DNA from: Macrostomum lignano
Lineage: Eukaryota
Assembly (NCBI GenBank): GCA_002269645.1
Contig: NIVC01002402.1
Span: 1-29,837, forward strand
Direction of reading: 5' to 3'
Length of the DNA stretch: 29,837 nt
The notes below the pieces were generated by a model. It had not been told where the DNA came from and made no database searches. It saw nothing but the letters and a program-made list of their open reading frames with translations. The position numbers and the translations under genes are program-made. The first letter of the stretch is position 1; each line of letters starts with the position of its first letter. Positions 20,699-29,837 of this stretch are shown here, in pieces.

Positions 20699-23680
20699 AT
20701 GCGGATCCCATGCCTGCCTGCCTCCGACGTCGCTCAACCTGCCTGCCTGCCTGCCTCCGACGTCGCTCAACCTGCCTGCCTGCCTGCCTCCGACGTCGCT
20801 CAACCTGCCTGCCTGCCTGCCTCCGACGTCGCTCAACCTGCCTGCCTGCCTGCCTCCGACGTCGCTCAACCTGCCTGCCTGCCTGCCTCCGACGTCGCTC
20901 AACCTGCCTGCCTGCCTGCTTCCGACGTCGCTCAACCTGCCTGCCTGCCTGCCTCCGACATCGCGCAACCTGCCTGCTTGCCTGCCTCCGACGCTGCCAA
21001 ACCTGCCTGCTTGTCCGCCTCCATAATCGATCCTGCCTGCCGGCTAGCAAACGGCTGTCCTCCGGTCGATCCTCGTCGGAGCGGTGACCTCGTCGTGGCT
21101 GCTTGGGAGGAGCGTCTTCGTGGAGATCCGGACGAGAATTTCCTTGTCGACAGTCTTCGTGCTGGTTTTTCTTTAATCGACGACGGTTCTAAAGTGCCCG
21201 CCTTTGAGTCTGATAACTACCCGTCGGTGGAGGAGTTCAGACAGGAGGTCGAATGCCTGCTGCTTGAGGAAATTCGCAGGGGTAGAGTCGTGGTGGTTCC
21301 GGATCCGCCTAGCTTGGTGAGCCCGCTTGGGGCTATTCGCCAATCATCTGGTGGCGTCAGACTCATTCACGACTGCTCCGTCCCCCATAATGCGTCCCTC
21401 AACGACTGTTTCACCGCCGACCGCAAGCTTCGTTTTGCATCTGTCGAGGATTTCGTGCGTCTTCTTCGGCCAGGTCACTTCATGGCCAAAGTTGATATTG
21501 CTTCGGCGTATCGGTCCATCGCCTGCCACCCCAGCTGCTGGCCTCTTCTTGGTCTGAAGTTTAAGTTTTCCGGCGACGATCACGATACTTACATGGAAGA
21601 CCGACGCCTTCCCATGGGTTCTGCCGGCTCTGTTCCTAGCTTTCACCGTGTCTCTCAAGCCATTCGTCGCTTCATGGTCAAGGACGGCTATACCGCTGTA
21701 GTTAACTATCTGGATGACTTTGCTGTCACTGCCGCTACCTACAGAGATTGCTTCAAGGCCTATGACCACCTGCTAAGTCTTCTGGAGCACCTTGGCTTCG
21801 AGGTCAACCGTAAAAAGTGCACCCCGCCTTGTCAGGACATTGTCTTCCTCGGTATCCAGACAGACATCGGAGTCATGTCTCTGCCTCCGGAAAAGCTGCA
21901 GGAGCTGCGTCAGTTGCTCACTGATTGTCTTGCCGCTAGACAAGTCTCTGCTTCTTTCTTGCGTCGCCTCACCGGAAAGTTGAGCTGGTTTTGTCAGGTG
22001 CAGAGACAAATTCGCATGTTCCTTCGCCCCATCATCGAGTTTACCGAGAAGCTTAGTCGTGAAAATCGTCGAGTGCGCATTTGCGAGAGTTTGCGGCATC
22101 TTTTACAATTGTGGGAATCGGCCGTCAGGTGTTATCACGATCGTCTTATCTGGCCCATCTTCTCCGACGCTTTGGCCGTGGAAACTGACGCCTGCATCAG
22201 TGGCGGCGCTGCAATTCTCAGCAGTTGCTGCTTCCGCGATTGGTTTTTCGTTTATTTTTCCTCGGACTTGGATGGCCGTTTGGCCGATCTGCACATCAAT
22301 TACAAGGAGGCGGCTATCGCTCCTCTCACTCTGCTGCGGTTTCGTGACCAGCTTCATCAGGCCCAGGTGGTTTTCTACAGCGACAACCAAGCAGCTGTCG
22401 GCATGTTCAACCGGGGCTCTGCTAAGTGTCCTATCGTGAATGATCTTCTGATGCAGGCTGGGCTTGTCTGCATGCAGCAGCAGATCACTTTCAAGGTCTT
22501 TTACATGCCCGGTTGCCGCCAGTTCCTCGCTGACCCCGCCTCTCGTCTCCTGACGGGAGACGCTGCTCTGATTGATTTTGCCTCTCGTTTCTACGGTCAT
22601 TTGTTGATTGATCCCTCTGAATTTGCTTCGCATGCGCTGGGTCCTGCTTCCGCTTCCACCCTGTTTTTCAGGTGCCGCCTCCTTTGGGCTGCCAACCGAG
22701 CTGCTCCCTCTAGTTCGCGCCGCCTTCGCACCGGCGTCGCTGCGGTCGCTGGAAAGCAAATGGAGGATGTGGAGCGCTTTCTGCAGCGAGGCAAAGATCA
22801 ACGCTCTGAAGCCGACTCCGACTCAGATTTGCCAGTTCATCAACTTCCTCATGCACCATCGCTTGTCGCGGCAATCGAGCCTGCAGGCATACGTCAGCTC
22901 GATCGCCACTCTGTTGCGACTCAGCGACTCTCCGGTTACGACAGACTCTGGACTCGTGCGCTTGGCTCTTCGAGGTGCGAAGCGGCTGCTGGCCGCAACG
23001 CCCACTTGCCGCAAGGCTGCGGTGGGGCCGAGTCATCTTCTGCGACTGCGGCGCTGCCTGCAGCTGCAGACCGGCATTGGAGCTTCTCTGTGGAGCCTCA
23101 TCTTAGCCGGCTGGTGGGCGATGCTGCGGGCGGCCAATCTCTGCTCTGTCAGCCGGGCAAACGTCGGCACGGCGGTGCTGATCAGCGATCTTCGCCTGGG
23201 CGTCAAGGAGGCTCGGATTTCTGTTCGCCTATCCAAGACGAATCAATTCGGCGAGCACCGTCATGTCGTTCTTCTGCCCTGCATCTGCAAGAGTGCGACT
23301 GCTCCGCTGTGTCCGCTTTGTGCGCTCCATCATCATTTCAGCCGGAACTCTCTAGACATTGCCCCTCTTTCGCAGCCTCTGTTCTCTACCCTGCAGTCAG
23401 CAGGAAGCTGGATGAGCTTAACTGCAGCGCATGTCCGGCGCGAGTTGTCCCAGCTTTTTTACCAGGCTGGCCTTCCAAGAGACCGCTTTTCAATGCACAG
23501 CCTGCGCCGAGGCGGCGCCAGCTTTGCCAGGCGTTCAGGCATCGCGAGCGAGGATATCAAAGCCATTGGCGACTGGAAGAGCGATGCGGTTCATCTCTAT
23601 GCGGGCCGGCAGCCGCAGGTGGCCAGCCGTACTGTTCGTCGCATCGGGGCGGCGGTTCAGGCTGCGTTCTAACTGTTTAG
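20699..23680 (+). CDS. pol: Pol: reverse transcriptase + RNase H (993-aa ORF; the C-terminal ~357 codons overlap the YR frame)
   Basis: SPLGAI...GVRLIHDCS, MAKVDIASAYR, LPMGSAGS, YLDD (21707-21718); RNase H acidic motifs ETDAC, YKEAA, YSDNQ, LADPASR. Confidence 0.93.
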   Translation: MRIPCLPASDVAQPACLPASDVAQPACLPASDVAQPACLPASDVAQPACLPASDVAQPACLPASDVAQPACLPASDVAQPACLPASDIAQPACLPASDAAKPACLSASIIDPACRLANGCPPVDPRRSGDLVVAAWEERLRGDPDENFLVDSLRAGFSLIDDGSKVPAFESDNYPSVEEFRQEVECLLLEEIRRGRVVVVPDPPSLVSPLGAIRQSSGGVRLIHDCSVPHNASLNDCFTADRKLRFASVEDFVRLLRPGHFMAKVDIASAYRSIACHPSCWPLLGLKFKFSGDDHDTYMEDRRLPMGSAGSVPSFHRVSQAIRRFMVKDGYTAVVNYLDDFAVTAATYRDCFKAYDHLLSLLEHLGFEVNRKKCTPPCQDIVFLGIQTDIGVMSLPPEKLQELRQLLTDCLAARQVSASFLRRLTGKLSWFCQVQRQIRMFLRPIIEFTEKLSRENRRVRICESLRHLLQLWESAVRCYHDRLIWPIFSDALAVETDACISGGAAILSSCCFRDWFFVYFSSDLDGRLADLHINYKEAAIAPLTLLRFRDQLHQAQVVFYSDNQAAVGMFNRGSAKCPIVNDLLMQAGLVCMQQQITFKVFYMPGCRQFLADPASRLLTGDAALIDFASRFYGHLLIDPSEFASHALGPASASTLFFRCRLLWAANRAAPSSSRRLRTGVAAVAGKQMEDVERFLQRGKDQRSEADSDSDLPVHQLPHAPSLVAAIEPAGIRQLDRHSVATQRLSGYDRLWTRALGSSRCEAAAGRNAHLPQGCGGAESSSATAALPAAADRHWSFSVEPHLSRLVGDAAGGQSLLCQPGKRRHGGADQRSSPGRQGGSDFCSPIQDESIRRAPSCRSSALHLQECDCSAVSALCAPSSFQPELSRHCPSFAASVLYPAVSRKLDELNCSACPARVVPAFLPGWPSKRPLFNAQPAPRRRQLCQAFRHRERGYQSHWRLEERCGSSLCGPAAAGGQPYCSSHRGGGSGCVLTV
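20711..21010 (+). repeat. 33-bp tandem repeat (CCTGCCTGCCTGCCTGCCTCCGACGTCGCTCAA), about 9 copies, in frame in pol (PACLPASDVAQ)n
   Basis: Direct reading. Confidence 0.95.
22608..23672 (+). CDS. Tyrosine recombinase (YR) of the retroelement; start codon uncertain
   Basis: Catalytic set appears complete: MLR, SKTNQ, HSLRRG (about 23496-23513), GDWKS and the HLY tyrosine (23598-23600). Confidence 0.93.
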   Translation: MIPLNLLRMRWVLLPLPPCFSGAASFGLPTELLPLVRAAFAPASLRSLESKWRMWSAFCSEAKINALKPTPTQICQFINFLMHHRLSRQSSLQAYVSSIATLLRLSDSPVTTDSGLVRLALRGAKRLLAATPTCRKAAVGPSHLLRLRRCLQLQTGIGASLWSLILAGWWAMLRAANLCSVSRANVGTAVLISDLRLGVKEARISVRLSKTNQFGEHRHVVLLPCICKSATAPLCPLCALHHHFSRNSLDIAPLSQPLFSTLQSAGSWMSLTAAHVRRELSQLFYQAGLPRDRFSMHSLRRGGASFARRSGIASEDIKAIGDWKSDAVHLYAGRQPQVASRTVRRIGAAVQAAF

Positions 23681-24767
23681 CTGTTGAACTGTGTCTGTGG
23701 GGGCGTTAGCTTTTTCGTTCTTTTTTACCCCTGCGCTCTTGCCACCCCTTGTCTTGCCTCGTTCCTTTCCCCGCGGTTTAATTGAAGTAGAAAATTCGCT
23801 GAAACTGTACTTGCGTCCAATTCTCATTGACAGGATAAAGGGGGTTAACAAATCGAGATCCTGTCTAACGGAAACCGGAGACAAACAAGCTATAGTTTCA
23901 GCGTAAAATCTCAGCTACTCCTGTCTGTCTGGTGAATTTTTTCTAGAAGTATTTTACCGTGATCGAATTTGTCTATGGTGAAAGCCCATCCATCCAGAGC
24001 TATATAAAAACAGCGAATCTTTGCAAAATCTTTGACTAACTTGTGAGCACACCTCGAACTAAACCGCGCAAGTAGGTGATTTATTGGGAGTTGAGTGCAA
24101 AAGGAACTAAAAAACATCCTACTTTGCTAATGCGTTTTACAGCAAAAAAATCGAGCCTCCAGCAAAATTTACTCGATTTGCTGATTGCAGCTTCACGTGA
24201 TTACTTAGAGAGACATGAAAAATTACCTGTTCATGTGGCCCCATCCATATCTTTTCAGCGGGATTCTTTAGGTTAAAATCCAGCATTTTTAAAAGTCACA
24301 CAGATACTTGTCAGTTTTTGCGTCTTTCATCTTCGGTAGTTAACGAATATTTAATCAAATTAATCCGCATCTGGTGTGTCGGATGAGCAGGTCGGCAAAA
24401 CAGTCCATCAATAAGAAAATTGATTTTAAAAAATACTAATTTTTGAAATGGAGATTAACATGCCTGCAGGCTGTTCTTATGAGTTATTTTTCGGTTCAGC
24501 CTTTCAATCTTTCCTACCACCCAGAACAATTGACGTCATTGACTTGTGAGCCCGATCGTCAAATAGAGAGCAGTTTTTTTCAAAGGCAAAAAACTAACTT
24601 GTTGCAAACATCTAGCTAGCTTCACCGCTCCACCGAAGAGAAGCTAAGCAAGACTATTTGCGATTCCGAATAGCGGTTGAAGGAACTGCGAGCTTTGAAG
24701 AGTGCCGTCACCTCTTTGCATCAGGGGTGTGGCCTTCATCAACGTGTATTTGAGGTAGGCACCAGGG

Positions 24768-24897
24768 GCTTTAGCAACAGGGGCTTTAGCACCAGGGGCT
24801 TTAGCACCAGGGGCTTTAGCACCAGGGGCTTTAACACCAGGGGCTTTAGCACCAGGGCTTTAGCACCAGGGGCTTTAGCACCAGGGGCTTTAGCACT
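24768..24897. repeat. 15-bp minisatellite (AGCACCAGGGGCTTT), about 8 copies
   Basis: Direct reading. Confidence 0.93.
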
Positions 24898-25345
24898 AGT
24901 TGCTATATTAATAATTATAACTTTATTCGTTAGTGCTAAGCCGATCTTAAGAACTCCGTCTCCGGTTATTTTCTATTTGTTTAGACAGCGGAAGGAATCA
25001 CTGAGACATTTTATAAAGATTTTCGCATTGTCTATTGCTTAATTCTTCTTTGAAATCTGTGACTAGTTTCAGGTGGCGGAAGTACGAGCGTAGTTTGGTC
25101 ATTTAATTACCTCCTAATGGACAAAAAAACTGCTGCAGCAGAACGTTAAGGAGGATTTCGCTGGCCTTTAAAGGCATCTTCACTTTTGTAACGATTTTGA
25201 AGTTCTGTAAAAACTCTTAAAAGCGCCTGACTGATAGTCTAATGCGAAGAGGAACTGCTTTATCCTAAGGCCGTATCCGGCCATGCAGTATCTGGTTAAA
25301 AATAGAACGATTCCCACACCTGATCAGACGGACGCAACAGTGCTT

Positions 25346-25553
25346 GCTTGGCTCTGCTCGTGCAATTAACGCCCAGCTTTGCCTAACGATAAATAAATTT
25401 AGGCCCGCTGTACACTCCTGTGTGAGTGTGTGCCTGTGCGTATGACTGCGTACGTATCCGCGCGCTTGTGTGCCTGCTCAGGGGAGTCGGCGGAATGGGC
25501 AGTAATGCCTTTCGCCGGTTGTGAGACAATGTCGCTTACAGTTCGCCAGGGGG
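25346..25553 (+). repeat. Interspersed ~200-bp repeat, copy 3
   Basis: Near-identity to 4764-4992; lacks the GAGAGCC...GTGTACA segment. Confidence 0.9.
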
Positions 25554-25928
25554 CCACACAGTAAAAAAGTTTACCAAAAGGTGTGAGATCGGACGAGACG
25601 AGAAATTAGGCAGGAAATTATTCGAGATTTTCGCCTTTAAGGCGAGACTTGAGGACTCTGCACAGGTAAGATGATTTGATTGATTGCTCAATGAGAACCA
25701 TGCGGGTTAGCTCATTTTAAAAAATAGACCTAGCGTAAGGCCTTATTATGAAGGATAAAAGACACTGTATAAACAGTAATCCTAAATAAGAGACTTTATT
25801 AACTATACGAATGGCAAAGTACGAGCGTAGGTTGGCAATTTTGGCTGCAAAAAAACAAGCCAAAAACACGTGACCGATAGGCAGCCAATTTCCAGATCGC
25901 AGCTGGATATAAGAATACACATATTCTT

Positions 25929-26095
25929 ACCATAGACAAAATTTCTCGAGTCACGAAGGAAGAGAAGAGAGAATCTCGCTTATTTAGATACATACAATAA
26001 TCCTTGCAATATGTCCGGGAAAGTGATCGATTAAATCCCGCAAAATAACATCTATGTCAATAACCTCCCTGAAAGTGAGCTTTAAAGTGGTTTAA
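25929..26095 (-). mobile_element. Partial copy or end of a TTAA-flanked MITE family
   Basis: Reverse complement of about 28961-29140; ends TTAAAGTGGT|TTAA (26082-26095); the other end was not found. Confidence 0.8.
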
Positions 26096-26944
26096 AGCTC
26101 GTTTCGGCCCGATGCAGCCCATCCATATTAGTGTAATAATTAGCGAGCGAGAAACCGCGTTTCACGGCCCGCTGAAAATGTCTATGGCAAAGTCAGAAGA
26201 CAGCGGGGTCAAGGGGGCGCCACCAGCACTCACTCTAGAGAAATCAAGAAAGAAATGAAATCTAAGAAATTGTCTATGGCCAAAACTATAGCTCCTTATT
26301 TTGTGAATATATAAATATATATGCTCTAGTTGGGTCGAAATAACCTCTGGAGCGTATTGCAAGGCCGCTCAATTGTAATGTTAACAAAGTAGCACTGAAG
26401 CTAACCATTCGAAATTCCAAAACTGAAGGAGCAGCAACGTACTATTTATGCTGCAGTCTATTCAGAAATTTTTACATGTTGTGCCTCAATTAGCTTTGCT
26501 TTGCAGGCTTTTTTGTTGCATTTACACTCGTGTACTTATTCCACGATTGGCGATAATTATAGCTATTAAAAATACTACCTTACATAATGTTCTTCTAACA
26601 ACACGTTCGTCTACGAGTGTTTATTCCGCATAAATTTACATGCATATCTGAATATTAATTCAGGTTTAGCTACTAGACTAGAAGTAAATCTACATGTACC
26701 TGTAATATTATTTAATCAGATTCAATAATTAGATCCCAAAAATCGGCCTTTCTAAATCATTCGAGTATACTACTTAAATGTTGCTAGTAGTGTATTTATT
26801 GATGAGTAAACTATACTAACGATAGTAATTGATTTAAAACTGTGCTTAAAGAAGGTAAGAGTATAGGATCGAGTGCAAATTTTGTGACCGCGAATTACTC
26901 TCCAAGTTAAAGATGGACTGCGGTCTCCAAGCACCTGTCAACAG

Positions 26945-29627
26945 CTACAGTAGGCTTTCGCTGCCATAGAGAATATACCTGACCACCTGGCCAAACATGG
27001 AATTCAGTCTGCGAACTGAAGTCTCGTTAATCGCTGGACGACTAAATCGCCACAGGTGTAGCAGATGATTGTTGCGCCAATTCCACCTGGGTATTTTTGT
27101 GTTATTGGTGAGATCGCCGTACAGCATGCTCAGCTCCCGTTCGGTCCAACCCGGACGCGCAAAGGACTGGTTCTCCACTCGGCACAGATACGGATATCGC
27201 TGCCAAATCTGCTGGGGCAGCAGCACCGAATGCTGAGCCCACTGCCTGTCATCAAAAGTCTGGTAGAGCATGTACCACAGCATTAGGAAAACGTCTCCCG
27301 GCTTGGTCATGAAGGCACCGATGGTCAGACCGATGGACGACTCGCGGCCGATCACGCAGTCAAAACTGCAAAGTTTAATTGAAGATATATCATCTAGTTG
27401 TCTAGTAAATACAGTAGTCAATTAGTTAATAAACTCTTGGAAAACATGAACCAGGAAGTAATATCCTTCAGGCTTGTTCGCACAGCCGTCAAATAAGAAA
27501 TCAAATGAAACAACCGATGTTCGAGCTACGTACAAAGCATATGTGTCTACTTGTTTACAAGCAGGATGATTACGCGAAAAATGGCCTGGTGGCGGTGTGA
27601 ACTTGTCCTAGAGCCCTAAGTTCTCAGTCCTTAAGCTGTCCAACTCTCATAAAAGTCATTGGATTCGATTCCGCACAAAGTCACTTTGGGGGAGTCGTGT
27701 ACGTCGTACGATTCATAAGAACCAATCTACTTGACACAGAGCTATAGAGTGTGTACTTGGTGACATCAAGAAAGTCACAACTGCTCTACAACCCTGTGTG
27801 CTTTCGTGTACGAACTTACGTGTCTGTGCCCCATAGTCAAAAACGTTTATACTACTGTCCAATAGTATTATCTACTTTCACTTTCAGCACCACCCAAAGG
27901 CTCGTCGAGTCCGCGACTAGCTGCAGACTGTTACCGCTCATTTTGAGTTCAAATTTACTCACCGTCTCAGTGGTTGCAGAGAGCGCAAAGTCAATACGTC
28001 AGTGTCCAAAATAATACCACCGATGGTGATGCCAGTTTCCAGCTTCATCACGTCCACCTGATGCTGGATGACTCGCACGTTTCGATTGAACACTCGTTTA
28101 GGCAGCGGTCTCGTTGCTAGCAGCAGCTGGTTCTGCTTGCCGTGCGCAGTCAGATTACTTTTCAACTGGTGCCAGTAGTGCCCATCGGGCATAGCGCTGC
28201 ACCAGATGATGACGAAATCAGTTCCGGATAACCAGGCTGCGCTGAGGAGAGCCACGTAGTGGTGAAATTCTAATTCGACGTAGCGCTGCCTCGGATAGAA
28301 CAAGAAAAAATGTACAGCATTTGGAATTGGTTGCAGTTGGCTGCTACTCGCCCGAATTGCTGAGACGATCCGGTAAGCGCTGAGCTCACGACCGTCCATG
28401 GTTCGAAACTGGTGACCAGCTAGGTTCAGCCCGTCCGGATAGTACTCCGACAGCAGAGGAGCCACTTCAATCGAAAGAATAGGAAAATTATAATCTTTTA
28501 GAGCTATCAACACAGTAATACTTAAAGTACTCCATGTATAGCTATGCGTGTAAAGACGTAGCTTTTATGCTCAGTTGAAAAATACCCCCCACCCCTATTT
28601 TAAGAATCGCTGTACAAGGCTTTCCAGACACTAAAGGCATGCACATCTCTATTGGCCCAAACTTTTAAATTTTGCGTTCAGTAAAAAAGTCGCTGTCTGA
28701 GGCATATATAGTATAGGTTTCTACGCTCGTACTTACTCAGCGTGTTGGTTACAACGTTAAAATCTGGTGCAGTAGAGACTGGCAATGCTGCAGTGTAATT
28801 GCTGCTCAAGCTCAGTCTTACCTCATCGCACTGAAGGTGTCAGCCTACATGACTTTAACTATTACTGTTCCTGCGTTTCTGGTTTTACAAAATGTGAGCA
28901 TTGGCATATTTCTTCAACTGAGCGCAAAAGATATTGTTAGTAAAAAATAGTTATATACTCTTAAACCACTTTAAAGCTCACTTTCAGGTAGGTTATTGAC
29001 ATAGATTTTATTTTGCGGGATTTAATCGATCACTTTCCCGGACATATTGCAAGGATTATTGTATGCATCTAAATAAGCGAGCTTCTCTCTTCTCTTCCTT
29101 CGTGACTCGAGAAATTTCTTAATGAAATTTTTTCTATGGTAAAAAGGGGGGCTTCGCCCCCACACCCACAGCAGGGGCTTCGCCCCCACACCCCCATCAC
29201 CAACTTCAACCATAGACATACAAATATGGCTCCGGGATTTATCTGAATACATCCCGCAAAATTAAAGTAGTTTAAATAAGATATTCTATGGTATTCTATG
29301 ATATTCTATCTATCTATATCTATATCTATATTAGAGTTACTTGCCTTTATTACTAGGTTTTACCGTGTTTGCGAGCTCCAGAAAGACGCCCGTTTCGAAG
29401 AGGTGACGCAAAATCTCTCTCGAGGAATTTTGATGCAATGGCTCGTTTAACAAAGTCAATTCACCTGTGTTGCTGTTGATGCTTGAAAAGTTTGAGTCTG
29501 CGTACCAAGTCAGCAGGTTTAGCTTCTTGTAGTGCAGTCTTTTGATCAACACAGTCGCTATGGCGCTTATTACCAGCACGGCTGTAACTAGCTTTAGTCG
29601 TGACAGAAGGCGAAACTCTTGCGGCAT
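26945..29627 (-). CDS. Type II membrane glycosyltransferase with DXD motif (Gly_transf_sug/GT32, alpha-1,4-GlcNAc/Gal transferase-like); exons 29627-29345, 28503-27963, 27365-26945; 414 aa
   Basis: N-terminal TM segment LVTAVLVISAIATVLI; IPNAVHFF; HQVDVMKLE; GGIILDTDV (DXD); R|FDCVIGRES...WAQHSVLLP. Intron 2 is GT-AG phase 2; intron 1 is in frame only with a GC donor. Confidence 0.85.
28965..29271 (+). mobile_element. 307-bp MITE with TTAA target sites (piggyBac-like), in intron 1 of the glycosyltransferase
   Basis: TTAA|ACCACTTTAA (28961-28974) ... TTAAAGTAGT|TTAA (29262-29275); subterminal inverted repeats ATTTTGCGGGAT / ATCCCGCAAAAT. Confidence 0.82.
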
Positions 29628-29837
29628 CCCGGAACTTCAATATTTCATAAACTGTTAAACAAATCAGAAAGAGAATTTATGACGGTTTTTCCAGAACAGC
29701 AAGGCGTATATAGATTATGATGACGGATGCAACGATTGTATGAGGGCTGCTACGGAGGCACCCTAGTAAAAAATGTCAATTGTCAATTGTCAGCCATTTT
29801 GATTTGTGCGACTTATAACTTCACCTCCACTCTCGAG

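Larger units (their letters stand above)
19680..23790 (+). mobile_element. Tyrosine-recombinase retrotransposon (DIRS order, Ngaro-like); boundaries approximate
   Basis: gag-like ORF with Cys/His knuckle, RT + RNase H ORF and overlapping tyrosine recombinase ORF; no recognisable methyltransferase domain after RNase H; terminal repeats not found. Confidence 0.92.

Noticed and set aside
19738-23236. Antisense ORFs inside the retrotransposon
   Set aside because: GC-rich shadow frames of gag/pol/YR with no motifs
27580-27675. A-box-like TGGCCTGGTGG and B-box-like GGATTCGATTCC in glycosyltransferase intron 2 (possible SINE)
   Set aside because: Long spacing, no tRNA fold, no second copy in the window

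Overview
Animal-type (probably invertebrate) eukaryotic genomic DNA with spliceosomal introns; no prokaryotic features or CRISPR. It holds three spliced genes on the minus strand: (1) a K+-dependent Na+/Ca2+ exchanger (NCKX/SLC24) with 12-13 exons at 5.9-16.2 kb, most of whose large introns are filled by a different tandem repeat; (2) a two-exon gene at 18.8-19.2 kb, missed by the ORF track, encoding a 99-aa signal peptide + KR-cleaved, cationic, six-cysteine peptide (candidate defensin/mytilin-like antimicrobial peptide); (3) a three-exon DXD-type (GT32-like) glycosyltransferase at 26.9-29.6 kb. Mobile DNA includes a tyrosine-recombinase (DIRS-order, Ngaro-like) retrotransposon at about 19.7-23.8 kb with a frameshifted gag but open RT/RNase H and YR frames, a solo LTR inserted into a tRNA-derived sequence, a hAT MITE with an 8-bp TSD, TTAA-flanked MITEs and a three-copy 200-bp repeat. 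Most long ORFs in the track are artefacts of minisatellites. Exon structures were derived by hand from splice signals, phase and protein motifs; no database searches were run.
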